Assembly (NCBI GenBank): GCA_976226885.1
Contig: OZ320314.1
Span: 106,950,001-107,014,000, forward strand
Source of the DNA: Iphione sp. A-MEVVRFRX5
Taxonomy: Eukaryota
Length of the DNA: 64,000 bases
Direction: 5' to 3'
Shown here in pieces: positions 22,632 through 36,721 of this stretch. Numbering within the stretch: position 1 is the stretch's first letter; the number at the start of each line of letters is the position of its first letter. The notes beneath the pieces are model-generated. The model saw only the letters and a list, made by a program, of their open reading frames with translations, did no database searches and was not told where the DNA came from. The translations under genes and the position numbers were made by a program.

Positions 22632-22790
22632 CATGCCCGTAGCCAAGGGGGTATCGGGGGTATCGTCTGATACCCCCAGAGCAATCAATATCTACTGGGC
22701 TTTGTAGGGATAGAAAAAAAATAGTTCCATCCCTGTGGTATCAGGGGTATCTTCCGATACCCCCCAGAAAACTTCCTGGCTATGGGCCTG
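22632..22790. mobile_element. 159-bp MITE with 14-bp imperfect TIRs and 5-bp flanking duplication
   Basis: CATGCCCGTAGCCA ... TGGCTATGGGCCTG (2 mismatches); AAAAG on both sides (22627-22631 and 22791-22795). Confidence 0.75.
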
Positions 22791-25329
22791 AAAAGGGACC
22801 CGAGGCTCTGTGTCTATGTTTATATTATTCTAATCTACGTGTAACAGAGGATATTCCAAATCTGAACGATCGCCGTTTCTGCCGAAATCATTCAGATTTC
22901 TAAAAATTAGGATTTCAAATAGCGAAAATTTATAGGGAAAATTCGGTTTTCGAGTGTTCAGTTTTGGAGTAACCTCTGTATTTAATATTGTTTGCACTGC
23001 TGCACGATAATATAATTGGAGTGGTGGAAACAACTAGGGAATGGGTGTGAAAAATACTGTATTCATACTTTCAAAACTGTTATATTTCTATTCCAAAAAC
23101 TATTGTGTTTTTTTATCCCTGATGTGCTAAACGTGTTCTCCAGATCACCCATGTAGAAGCCCAAAGATATTTGGCTATGCGTAATTTTTCATCTTTCTGT
23201 CAGTCGGTGAAATTATCCAAAAAGAAATCATATTCTTGTTATATTTGTGATTTATGTCTTTATACATATTAAGAGGAAACAAGTTCGGTTGCCCTGTAAG
23301 GGAGGATGTCTCCTGTGACCGGATACAAAGTCTCTGTTTAATAACTGTATATGAGGAATTAATTTCACGAGACAGACATTTCCTATAACACTCTAAGCAC
23401 CATAATCAATAAATTTGAATACATGATCTATCATTGTTGATTTTACAACTAGTAAAAATAGTTTATGCTCTCACACTGAATTCATTCTGGGACACCCCGG
23501 TTACATGCTCATCCGGTTCGATCTGGCGAAGGGGTTGTAAAAACCGCCTTTCTAGTCTATGACCACTATACATCAGTTTCGTCCCTGATGGTCTAATGAG
23601 GGACCAAATAGGCAAAGTATTTTTGTCGACTGCTCGACATTCACAATGCACAGAATATGATACGATTATGTATAAATTTACTCTGAATGGAGGCAGGAAG
23701 CAAATGGTACTCCCATGTGCTGTAGAAATCGTTCACCTGCTGTGAACCGAGATCCTGATTCGCCGAGTAGATGCATGCATTTAGGGCATTTGAATGCAAC
23801 AAATTGCATTTTACATAAATTTGCATGGTTGATACACAAGGGACAGACAATGCATTAATGATACGCTCTCATTTGTGTTGCTGAGCGATGGTAAAAATAT
23901 TGGTATTTTTATATATCAAATGGACTTTCCAGTACTTTTTTTATTTAAATGGGAGTATTTTCTAAGGAGATGTGAACGAAATCAACGGTTATCTTGTTTA
24001 CCTGTTTTTTGTACCTCTTCATGAATAATCATGATTCAAATACCCTGCAAATACAGATTAAGGTGAACTAGTCGGTGCTGAACTCTCATATTTGGTATGT
24101 TCAATTTAAGGTTGAATCAGACTGTTCATAGGGAGTTTGTGTGTAATTTATCTCGATTATACGTTTTATTAACCACATTCAGTAATAAACATGGAAACTT
24201 TTTAAAACTCAATTAGTGCTTCCTTGATTGCTATTAGCAAACAGTTTTCAAGCAATACTTGAAGTATTTAAGTAATAGATTTAACCATATATACAAGTGT
24301 ACATTACATTTCTTTTATCGGTCAGGATAACAAGAGTGTCCTCTGTGTATTCAGAAAAGGTAGAATACACTCACTTCTAGCTGACTAGATGAGACCTCAA
24401 AAATAGATCCATTAATCGTTAAGTAATCACGTTCTGCCTAGAAACAGCGGTACTTGCACGACTCCAGATACTTGCCTCTCAATGTGTGAGTCGCAATAAA
24501 TATGCATGCGTCTTTATTTGAATAAACAGAGTTCTATGATTCACCTTTGTTGGGAGGAGGTTCGTATATGGAGAGGAACTAGATGTGTGCATTAATTGTC
24601 AGGAGTATGAATAGTTCATTTTCCAATAAATCAATTTTTCTTGTAGATGTAACCTTATAGATATGTCAAATAAGATACGTTTATTTGGATATTGCTATGG
24701 ATCCAAGACAACGCATCACATGTACCTGGCAACTGACTTCATAGTTCATGACGTACTGTATACCAAGGAACGTATTGTACTAACCGTCATTCCACTCTGA
24801 TTTTTCTTTTATGATTATTAAAGCCTAATTGTGGGCATCTAACCCCCAATTGGTTTTGTCTGATCATTCAATATATATATATATATGTTTGTAAAGATGT
24901 GCACTCGAGCCAGAAGGTTTGTCAAGATACATTACCAGGGGCTTAGTTAAGAGAGATATATCTGTACATTTCTGCACGTTTCTTTGTGCTGGGGAAAATG
25001 AACAGCAGTCATACATTTCTTTCAATTTGTGCGGTAGAAAAAGATATGTCAGAATGCACCACAGCCATCTTGCCTTTTCATGTTTTGTTGCCTCCGACTG
25101 TATGTTAGGTGATCCTCCATTCATTTGACTTTGCTTCTGGTTACATTAGTATACAAAATGCTCACACTCAGGCGGTATTCAACCAATGACCAAGCAACTA
25201 TATACAATACATAGCATATGATCTCTCTGCCATATTCATAATGACTTTCATATTAATTTAGCGTTCAATAGAAAGTCTCTAATGGTGAACCTTGCCCCTA
25301 GACATGTCCATATTGGGCCCATTTCTTTA

Positions 25330-25800
25330 AAATCCCTCGTTAACATATTAATTTTGATTTGCTGGTAAGTCTGTATCTGGGAAACAAACTGGACATTATT
25401 TTAATTCTTCACTCACAGTTTGATACGCAAGGGTGTAGTCTTTGCTAGTTATGAATGTGACTGTACCGTCTGCATATATTTATACTTCACATCCTGTATA
25501 TAACCTGGCAAAGAGTGCATGTCTATCAGGAAACAAAAATACAGGTACATTGTTTTCTGTTGATGTGATCATTGAGCAGTCGATTGAAGGCATCATTTTA
25601 ACACAATAATGTCACAATTCATAGTATTTTATGTGGAACCGCTTCTCAAGTGTGTTTGTTTAGAAATGGTGGAAACTTATACATTTTCCCGTTCACAAAT
25701 GCTTTGAATAATCCTTTCTGTAAAATTAGCACAGCATATCCATTGCTGAAGAGCCTTAATTTTCTATATCCACCTTGTAGGTCACAGAGTCTTTCAATTC
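25330..25800 (-). mobile_element. Decayed CR1/L2-type LINE RT remnant
   Basis: Minus-strand fragments LCDLQGGYRK, VPHKIL and CEV*IYADGTV...AYQTVSEELK (YADD-like) in the expected order. Confidence 0.55.
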
Positions 25801-28800
25801 TCCAAATAAAGATTATCAAAAAGAAAAAAGGTGTTATCGTAGGAGTCTGTCATTAATCTTTCAAAAGATATTAGCAGCGTTCTATAAGGAGTAAACCTCG
25901 GTCGTTAGGGAAACAAGAAAAGCTAATAATTTATTAGGCCAAAGAGATGAGTTAAAATGTGACACCCCGACATTATATGAAATTATTATGTGGCCTTCTC
26001 ATCTTTGTTCAGCCTACCTGCCAAATAACTAACTCAGCCTTTACAATATGTAGTTCATGACATAGCGGGAACTTCAGTCTGGTCCAAGGACATGCGGGAA
26101 GGGCGGATGAGGGGCAGCTGCAGGGAACTTTGACGTCAGCACATTTTATAATAAAAATATTTCGTGTAGTAGGAGGTACCTTAGTATTGCTCAAGTGCAA
26201 GCATCTGCTAGACTGTCCAAGGTTGGTTCCACTTGGCTGACAAGTCTGTGTCATACTTATTCTCTGAACAAGGTTACCAATTTAAATGGAGACACTTTCA
26301 CTTGAGCTAAGTGTGTCCCGCTTAATGAGGTTTTAGTATATATAAAGCATTATCATTGGTTTTTGTTTAACATCTTATGTATTCCCTCTGTATGATTAGA
26401 AATTATTACCTTTTATGTTTAATGTTGTACTTGATGGCCATTATGCACAGCCTCTGTATCTTCATCTCTTTGCTGGGAAATTCTGCTAAACAAGTCAGTG
26501 TGTTCAAGGCTAAGCACAGTTGACCATTACGAACTTGTATTCACCTTGTAATTCATTCACAATATTACTTGGAGGGTTATTTCATGAGAAAAGTGTATGT
26601 GAGGTTTTCAGCTGGTGGACCTTTAAGTAGGTTCGGGATGTTGTCACAGATATTTGAACAATAAAACATGCTATCACATCTGTAACGTGTGCATTGAAAA
26701 CACTTGAAAACAAGGCATACTGGATGATGAAGCCTTATGCAATAATCGTAAAGTTTGAGTAACATACATCTCATTTGATGTAAAACTGGAATTGGAAGAG
26801 CATTCAGGACATATATATATTAATATACCGTGTATATATGACAGTAGCTTTGGTTATTTCTTTGTTCTGGTCTTCCTCAGTTATATAATGGAATCGTACA
26901 TGAATATACATGTACCTAGCAATGTCTAAACGGAATAAACGGGACTTGAGTGCTGCTTGTACAACCGAATATTATTAATAAAAGCAAAAAACACTCTCTG
27001 AAGTCCAGGTCCATCTGAGTCCTATGTCTGCTGATGCATCATCCATCGCTTATTCATTATAGCAATGATTTGGTTATCTTTCATAATGTCTGAAAATAAA
27101 CTAGGTTACAAGTCATTTCGAATTTTAATGTCTACTGAGACCCTTTATATAGCTCCCACTCCTATCTTCATATTCAGAATAAAAATGATACTATATCAAT
27201 GAAACTGTCAATATTATCGTCGCAGTTCCCTTTAGGAAAAGAGAGAATGAACATTGTCTAATTTTAATATGAATAATAAGCTCATCTTTGCTCGGACTTA
27301 AACTTCGCCTCTGTGAGACACATGTAGCTCTCCGTAAGTTTAATCTGTATTTGATCTTCCATGAGTCACCTTTCAGGAGCTGGTTGTGTTGTGTACCTCG
27401 TTGCTCAGTGCTCAGCCATTGTTTAAATAGCCTTAATAATTATATACCTTGGTCAATTTTTTACATATATTGGTTAGAGTGTTGACCAGCACTAGTCCAC
27501 TGATTGAGAAGTTGCAGCCTTAAACTTTGGCCACGGACTCATGATAAAGACAAGAAGGATTTACTATAGCCCCATCCCAGAGAGGACAACAACTTGTAAC
27601 AAAGGACATGGGTGCATAGGGTTCTGTCCCTAAAAGACCTCAGAGACCTGTTCAAAATAAGACTAGGGGCAACTCTGGGTATTCAAGGCACTCATTTCTT
27701 AATAACAAATTGTAGTATGCTACCACAGAAAACTTAAAGGATAGCTAAATATCTCGTCCATGTTGAATATACAATGAAACGAACATATACTATTAAATAT
27801 TACTCTCTTGAACATGTGCTTCAGTCTATTTGTCAACATTCCTAACAAGCTTCAAATGACCTTGTGTTTTGAAATGATATTAGAACTATCATTGATTAAG
27901 GTAACACATGGCTCGAATCAATGGTTATTCAATAATGTTACAGTATTTGTGGTCTAATTGTTACAATATCTTCATCACTAATTATCAGTACAATTAAGAT
28001 AGGAAACATAAGGCAGATGGCTGTATACACATTTCAAAAGAGTACCTTTTAGATACTTCAAAATGAGGTAACACTGAGTTCTTAGAAACTCTCTGACGGT
28101 AAAACATATGACAATAACTGTTTGACAACCTTAAATTAATGGTCATATCCAGATCACATAATGTTTGTGTGTCTTGTTTGTAAAAGGGTTTAGCATATGG
28201 AAGAGAGTTACTCTGATGCTGTCATTAGACTCCCCCACACCGACACTGATGCTGTACCATGATGCTGTGAAGAATAAAGGCTGATAATTAAACCTACTGG
28301 TGTGGTGTACCATTTATTGTTACACCTGCACTTGTGACTAATTATGCAAGACACATCCTAAGGGTCATTCAATTGACCCTTGGTGTCAACCGGGGTACTC
28401 TTACCCAGTATTCCAATAATTACAACGACGTACCAGGTGTTTTTCTTCCTTGGATTAACATTGAGATGGTGGTTTCTGTATACTGAGAGAGCATATTGAT
28501 CTATCTACTACACTGCTGCAGATGGACTTTCAAAGTCGACTTATTTTCCTTCGTAGTATATTATGTTCCATTCAGACATTTCATAAAAAGACTTCTTTTT
28601 CATCTGTCTCGGCCTGCGTATTATCCCTACACATTAGATTACCCAATCATTTGAATACTAATCTTTTAAGTAGTGTATTACGTCGCTCCTACACTCAAAG
28701 AAACATACGTAAGATAGTAGATGGGGCCTTCGAACTAACTGCACTGTGGCAACATCGGTATCAGAGGGACACTGCTTGGGCAGTACTTTTCAAGACCTTT

Positions 28801-29499
28801 TAGTTTGATACATGCTATTGTGAAAACGTAAATGATTTTTGTGCATTAATATTTCGCCCATTTCTTTTTCCTCGGCGATTTAAAAACAAACGTTTCGTAA
28901 GTAATGACTTCGGGCTGTCTACAGGGCCATCTGCTATATACAGAGGCACCTATGAAGAGACTTTGTTCTCAGAACAATCTTTAACAGATATATCCCTCAG
29001 TCTTCATGCTTGTTTCCGAAAATCGGCTTTTTTTGCAATTGAAACTTGACTCCTCTTTAGGAAGCTGTAACAATTGATCCATTTACTACTCATTTCTGAC
29101 CAGTAATTTTTGGAGCCTTGGGGAATGTGATCATTTTCCCTTAATTTCATCACATCACTGGGGATGTGCATCTTCTGTTGTCAGGCAAAATTAGATCTAA
29201 TCTATCAGCTTGGTTCTGCTATGGTAGTTAGAAACATCTTGATAGTTTTCTGCTATAAACAAGATTAACTGAAGTTACTTTAACGTTCTGTGCAATAAAG
29301 CGATGAAGAGCTCAGCATAAAATGCGAGTATTACCCTGTTGTGTAACGCCATAAGCACCTTTTTTAGCTATCTAAAATATCAAAAAATAAAATCTAGGGA
29401 CCCAGCAGAGCATATATTAGGCATTTTAATCGGTGAATTTTCATTTATGTGAGATGTGATAAAATGGAAAGATAATTGAGATGCAAGGAGCATGGTCCG

Positions 29500-29930
29500 T
29501 GACCTGTGTTATTTCAAGATAACTTGATATCATATGACCAAAAATTTCAGTCATAATAAGAATGTTATATTCAAGATATACCAATGAGGAAAACATTGTT
29601 ATGCCATTGTCATTTAAACACTACATAGTTTATATTTGAAAATCCACACATGCCCTCTTAAAACGACTGATATCATAACAGAAATATTTTCACTATATCA
29701 AAAATGTCATTATACGGTAGGGGAAAAAATTAAGTTACAATCATGTTTTGTTGTCTTAGGAGAGGTTATAACAAGAACTGGTGATATCAAAATCAGGGAT
29801 AAATTATTACCCCAAAACAACAAAGCAAAAATTTTGGATGATGTTATAGATGAAGGCTTAACATGGCTTGACTCTGTTTATAACCTGAAAAAGACAATTT
29901 CAAGACTACATTTCAAATTACCTTTGTAAA
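29500..29930 (+). mobile_element. Possible Penelope-like RT remnant
   Basis: DNLISYDQKFQ followed by QDIPMR resembles the DNI..F....Q..GIPMG region; heavily decayed. Confidence 0.3.
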
Positions 29931-31770
29931 GTTATATTGAAAAATGTTGTCTTAACTTTAGTTAAACTTCAGAGAAATTATTTGCTTGAAAATATTCCAT
30001 TTATGAACCAAGGTTGTAAAAGGTTAAGTAAAACCACTTCACTAGTTGTACCAAAAACAATGTCTTTCATTGTTAGTGAATTGTCCGTGTATTAGCCTAA
30101 AACGGTGGAACAATCTACAAAAAAAACAAAGCCAAGGTCATGCTAAGATAGTTCAGAAAATGTATTCAGTTTTGATTATTTATGTTTCTTATGTTTCTTG
30201 TTTCTTTTGCATTAATTCTGTATTATTTCTATAAATGTGTGTAAAAGCGTAACAAAAATAGATAAAAAATGGTTTGATTTATGACATGTAAATATGCTTT
30301 GTAACTTCTACATAATCAGTAAGCAACCACATTTGGTCACATACAAAACAGTCTGTTTGTTAGTAATGAGCTGGACTAACATTTTCCTTCATACATCGCA
30401 TGTTGAATCTATTGTTTTCTCTTGTTTTTTTCTCAGTCTTATTCAGAAGAACATTTACCCTTATTTTAAAAGATATCTGAGATAAAATAAGACTGTCACT
30501 GCAGCCAGACCGGCGCACATAGACAAGGTGTTTTTGGGGTCATTTGATTAAGTTGGGTTTTCTATCTTAACTGTAAAATTATTGAGCGGTAATTTTACGT
30601 AGTGATCACCAGTATTCTATAACTTAAGGATCCAAAACATTAAACCAAATTAACATTATAATAATAGATTTTTAATTGCAGTTAATTCCATTAGTAGTGT
30701 TAGATTATGCAGTATGAAGTCTTATAAATTCTTTTCCTGAACACATTTTGCTATTCTTTCCTGATTATATTAACTATGTCCATCTCATCTCATATCATTT
30801 CCAAGAACTGTGTTGATACCCAAGCTGGTTACAAAACATACATTGTATACTGATCCAGTGAAAATAAAGATTAAAAAAAAAGACTTAACACTCTTCTTCT
30901 TACTATTATTATTTTATATGTGTTATTTTGGATGGAGATCCATATAACAATGCATTTGTACTGTCCCTACTGACAGTTTACTGAAATAACTGCATATATA
31001 ATCAGATAAAATATCTTACTATATCTTTTTTTACCGAATGTGATTTAATAATTTTGCCTTTGAATCTATCAATTACCTTTGTAATAGGATGAAAGGAACG
31101 TTTGCTGGAATATTTGCTTCATCTACTCTCTGACCACAGTCTTGAGCCCTTTTATCCTCAGGCATAAAAAAAGGAATGTGATTCCATTAACATTTTGAAA
31201 AATCATAATGTCAGTGAGTCGGTGTTTTTTTTCTCTCACAGGAATTATAAAGTTAAAAGCCTACACATCACCTACTTATCATATTACCACCACTTCTCTT
31301 GCTTGGATCTTAATGACACATATATCAATATGAATGCTAGAAATCAAAGGAAATATTTTGATACATTGTATAAATCTGTAGCTATATCCAGTCCACAAAT
31401 ATAGGCAAAAATATTATAAAACAAAAAAGTCCAATAGGCCAAATATAGGGTCAGTCGGGTTACTGGAAACAGATTTTTTTTATCAGGCCTTGGGAGACGT
31501 TCATCCTGAACTAATGTGCAGGAGGACATTGGCTGCCCTGGGTAGGCCATACAATCAGACTGTACCATCCTTCGTCCCTGATTTGTTTATCTATGAGAAA
31601 TGAACTGATTATTTTCGTATTGATATATGAGTGAATTTGCTAATCACCCCTACCAAGGTGGCACACCGTGTTTAAAACTGTTTTATAATGTTCCCATTTG
31701 GTTATAATGCAAACAACCATTTTAAGACGTTTTATTATTGTTTCTTCTAACATTTATAACAGGAAGACAG

Positions 31771-31985
31771 CCAAGGGTGGGGGCAAAACTTAAGAGATCC
31801 GGGGACTTCTGAAATGGACAAGAGGTTGGTCAAGGGTGGGGGCAAAACTTTAGAGATCCGGGGACTTCTGAGATGGACAAGAGGTTGGTCAAGGTTGGGT
31901 AAGCACTTGTAGAGGTGTGGGGACTTTCGAAGGCGACAGGAGTATGGCCAAGGACAGGGGTAGCACCTGTAGAGGTGAGGGAATG
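31771..31985. repeat. GC-rich minisatellite, unit about 59 bp, about 3.5 copies
   Basis: CCGGGGACTTCTGA recurs at 31799 and 31858; later copies diverge. Confidence 0.8.
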
Positions 31986-32418
31986 ATGTTGACACCTATG
32001 TGCAGCCCCTCTGGTGCAGTGGAAAGTATAGCTCCAGCCTTCACATAGAAATGGAGAGACTGCTCATCTTCACAAACCCAGACCCTGCTGTCACACTTTT
32101 TTCCAAAAAAGGTCTAATTTTTTTCCAAATGTTCAAAAGTATTTTTAGTACTGGCTAGCAGACCATAATTCAAACTTTCATTTAAAAGATTTTGATTATG
32201 GTTTTGTACATAAACCTTACTTTGTTGGCTGGTCACCTACTTATCACTGAAGACCGACAAGTCTGAAGTCTAAATTTATGCAGTGACTTTAGTTATGTCA
32301 GTAGTATTTTAAATAACTACAAGCGCCTTTGCCGCCTGTACTCTAGAGGTTGTTAGGCATGCTGTACTTTGACCCCTCCCCCAACTCTTACCCGCCCCCG
32401 AACTCTTTCTCTTTCAAG

Positions 32419-33228
32419 TTTACAACCCTCAGTTCTGCTTGACTGAACACAGGGGTGTAGGAATACACCTAACTGAAAAGGTAGTCCCAAGTAGCACACT
32501 TTTTCATTTTCTTTGTTTAGTTTTTTGTGTATGGGACATCATATATCATTCTATATCATTTTAAAAAGTATGACCAGAAATATATGAAAAATAAACAAAT
32601 TATATGACTTTAAAAACATCTCACAACAATGAGACCTCCTCCCCATGGCCAGACTACTTTCGAGCAACGTTTTATAGGGGTAGTGTAAAAAGTAACTGAA
32701 TTAACTGCCAAGGTAAGCAGGATTCTACATTCTGTTTGAAGTGAAAATACATGCAGATAAACAGTATTGTACTATTGAAACATCTTAACTTCTTAGTGAT
32801 TGATAAATTTGAATCAACATAAGCATTGTATATCTATAATATAATCTTAACCAAAATGCTAATTATCTCGATGTCTTTGCGTGAATAAAACTAACATTGT
32901 GTCTTGTATAGGAATGTACCCCTTTGTCCCGCAGGTGCCACTAAAGCCCTAGTCGGCGTGTTGTTACACTACCTATATAAAACGTTGCTTGAAAGTAGTT
33001 CGGCCATGGGGAGAGGTATCATTGTGGTGTGATTTTCCAGATTTACCTTATTTTTGATGCTGATTGATCCATGAGGATATTTTAAAGCATGACAGAGATA
33101 GTTATTCACCTTTAGTGTATGTAAAATGCTTATTACTAAAAACATATGACATATGTAGCCCTACTTTCTACACAGAGTGCTGTATTCCTACCCCCTCTGT
33201 TCAGTCAAGCAGAACCAAGAGTTGTAAA
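32419..33228. repeat. About 49-bp imperfect inverted repeat pair 0.7 kb apart (possible non-autonomous DNA transposon)
   Basis: 32419-32467 is the reverse complement of 33181-33228 with a few mismatches. CTGTACTTTGACCCCT also occurs directly repeated near 32363 and 33242. Confidence 0.6.
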
Positions 33229-36200
33229 AGGCCAGATGAGTCTGTACTTTGACCCCTACCCCACTCCATCTCTGAGTGCAGGCGCGAAGGCCCTTGTCCA
33301 GTAAAAAGTGCACGTCAACACTGGGTGGCCGTTTTATGTCAGAGGACTTATACATTAAGGCGTAGATAGGCTTGAAGGACTTCAACACCACCCAACTCTT
33401 CCTTTCATTAAATCAAATTGGTTTTATTGATCAAACCTGTATCCACCGTGTGGAGTTTTTTTCATGAAGTATCCTTTCTTCGTGTTAAACCCAGAGTAGT
33501 AAATTGGCTTCGGACTCATGCAATGAGCAGGTAGACTGAAGGTAGCATCGTGACCACACTGGCCAGCAATTATGTGTCCCATAGGTGATAAAACCAACCC
33601 AGCCAGCAAAGACATAATTGAATAATACACATACTGATGAGTGTTTATCTTGGACCCAGGCTAGCCCCTTGACTACATAGGGTGTACACACCTGCACTTT
33701 AGATTAGTTTTAAATGAAAATAATATCGTGTAAAAGCCAGTGACCAAGGAGCAAAATGGTGTATTTTTTGAGTTTGTAGCATTATCCATTCCACATATTT
33801 TAACGAAAGAGTCAGTTTAAAAAGCTGCATGAGCCCAATATATAGGGTCGGTCAGGTTATCGAAAACAAATATTTTTGTAGGCCTGAGTATGTACACATT
33901 TCTCTCTTGCTGGCTCTACCGACTTCTGTCTCCCTAGCAGTGTTTGTTTGCTGTCAAGCCTCCATCTGTCACTCGAGGCCATGTATTAGACGTCCTCCAA
34001 TGAAGATTTAGCCCTGGGTAGTGTCGTCGTCACGTTACATAAATTGTTAAAAAAAATTAACAATTATTCCTGTTGAAGGAAAACCTTTGATAAAGAAACT
34101 GTTCCATATCCAATTTACTGTCTCCGCGTTTGTTAACGCTGATATGACGTAATTCTGGTGCTCTTTCACAATGCGCCTCTTGGATAGGTACATGTGGCAT
34201 CAAGCTAGGAGTGCATACTGCCCTTTAAAACGGCACGCGCTCTCTGGGAGGGCAAAACCGAGGAGACACAAAGCAGATGGAATTTTCCCCAGCTCCTTAT
34301 TATATGAAAAAATACGCCAGGGAACGCACTAACCGGAATCAAGACCCAGTAGCAGGAAATGGTATTTGTCAACAACTAGATGCGGGAATACACCATTTCT
34401 GGGCCGAGTTGTGTGCCTTGTTCTGGAAATGAGACACATTTTGATCTCGCTGGCTATTCATTGATGTTATGGTAACCCCGACAAAATCCATGGAAAAAAA
34501 CATGAATGGGATATTAATGAATTCTGTTTAAACTGAATTAGAATATTTGGAGACTTAATCTTGTAGTATGCTAGCTAATGTAGTGTTATCAAAAACCCTC
34601 CCTCATCCGCCTATTCTTTGTAAAGAAAATAATTTACGCAGGCGTTGGGTTCCAGGGCAGATGCGATGTTTCATTCCGGATTTTCCGCTCTTTTATATGA
34701 AACTTCCCAAAGGGCATGTGCAATATCCCTCTTATCAGATTACAGATTGAAAAAACATTATAGCTTCTTGAAATCTGAGACGAAACACAGAATAACACAG
34801 TGGCCATGTCAGGCAGAGTAATTCGATCTACAGGCAGTTTAAAGGCGCATACATCACATTACTATTTACGCTTTCATTCAATCACGCAAACAAGTAAGGA
34901 CAAATATTGAGATGAACAAATAGCAGCCCTTCATCTGTGCAGGTAATGTTTCGGGGACTGAAGCGACTGTCCAATGGACATGGACACAAGGGACCAGTCG
35001 ATCTGAGGTCACAGGGCCAGTCACCTCAAACGCCCTGTCACACAAGCTCAGAGAGCATGGGCAAACATAACATAGGACCCGAGCATGCGCAAATGGAGTC
35101 GGAAGGAGAGTAGGCCCTCTAGGGGCGTAGGACAGGCGACCGGGCTAAGCGGCTTCTCGTGTGCGAACGCGCATTAAGACTGGAGGTAGGTTACATCGTG
35201 AAACCAACGAGTGCAAAGGTGGCCGGTTAACATAGAGATCAATCCTATCCAGAGCCGTAACTCCGTCTGTGTGTGTGTTTGTGTGTGTGTGTGTGTCTGT
35301 GTCGGTGAGTGACAGTTTTTAGGCTAATGCGTTCATACGGTAATTGAATTTTAGATGAAAAATATCAGCCTGAAATTAAAAGAAAAAAAAAATGAACCGT
35401 TTACATGCTGTATATTATACTTATGTTCCGCACAAGGTAATACAATGGTTCCTTAATAACCAAGACTTTGGTTCCCAAGGATTTTATCAGATAAACAGAA
35501 TTGTTGGTTATGGAGACTATTTAGGTTGCCTTTTCACATTAGGTTCTGTTCGAGTGTGTCCGTTAAGCAATAATGTCAAGAATGAAGTTGTCAGATAAGG
35601 GGTGGGGGCACTGTATAAGTAACTATAACTTGAATGATGAATAGAGTCAATCTTTCACCAAATCTAGCTCTTACTGAGCCATCTTTTACCATGAATAAGT
35701 CGTACTGGCCTATCTCTAATTACATGACCAATCTTGTATCAATCTAGATCCTAATGACATATTTTATACCACATATAGATCCTACTGATCAATCCCTCAC
35801 CATCAATAAATCACACTGACCAATTTCACACCACATATAGGTCCTAATGAGCAATCTTTCTGTAACGCAGTGGTTCTTTTCGATGTATCTTATTAGCCAT
35901 GGCTAGGGTCAGCAGGTTTCAGCAGTAATATCTGAAAATGTCTATACTCCACAATAATATATACAGTATCAACTCGCTTTGTGGGCAACTGCAATAAAAG
36001 GCCAACACAGGATTATGGGCAATGTTGGTTTGTCCAAACTGTATATTTTCTGTAATATAGCAACTCAGATAGGAAGGAAACGTGCAGCTAAGGGCAGTTT
36101 TGGTTGGTCCAGTTGGCGGTCTTAATTCTAAGTAGCTACTGTATATGAGATGGTTACCAGAAATATCTGAAACAATTTGGTATTTCCGGCTGTGTAAGTC

Positions 36201-36438
36201 CTGCATCATGTGCTGTTTATACATATCCTGTACTTTATGTTTTGAACATAACCAAAGAGAGTAGAAATAATGAAGCAGATTAACTGGTTTAATTAGTTAG
36301 GACTATTTTTTGAAGTATGGCGATCACAGTAGGCAACCATAATCCCGATAATTACACATTAGTTCAATAAGTTGCTGAAGTGGGAGGTTTTTTCACTAAA
36401 GTGATGCTACATAATTTGAGTATGATATCAATATGTAT

Positions 36439-36493
36439 ATATTGAAGGAACGTGACAAACACACAAATTGGGGGTTTACACACAATTTCTGGC
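36439..36493 (-). repeat. Element 2 terminal repeat B2 (55 bp)
   Basis: Identical to 36667-36721. Confidence 0.95.
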
Positions 36494-36513
36494 TTTATTC
36501 ACTTCACAAAGAA

Positions 36514-36721
36514 AAAATTTTGAAGCAAAGTGGCGGTTGGTACTAAAGACATTCCATTCTACATGGGACGTCATCACAGAGCTAAGCATATTGCTGATGT
36601 TGGTAGGGTTACTGGAATACAGCATAATGGTTCCCAAGCAATATCCACATAAATACTTTATATGGCATATTGAAGGAACGTGACAAACACACAAATTGGG
36701 GGTTTACACACAATTTCTGGC
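36514..36721 (-). repeat. Element 2 internal B1-A2 junction
   Basis: A2 36514-36670 and B1 36667-36721 overlap by ATAT. Confidence 0.95.

Noticed and set aside
31771-31985. CRISPR-like array
   Set aside because: Units are contiguous with no unique spacers, there are no cas genes, and the context is eukaryotic.
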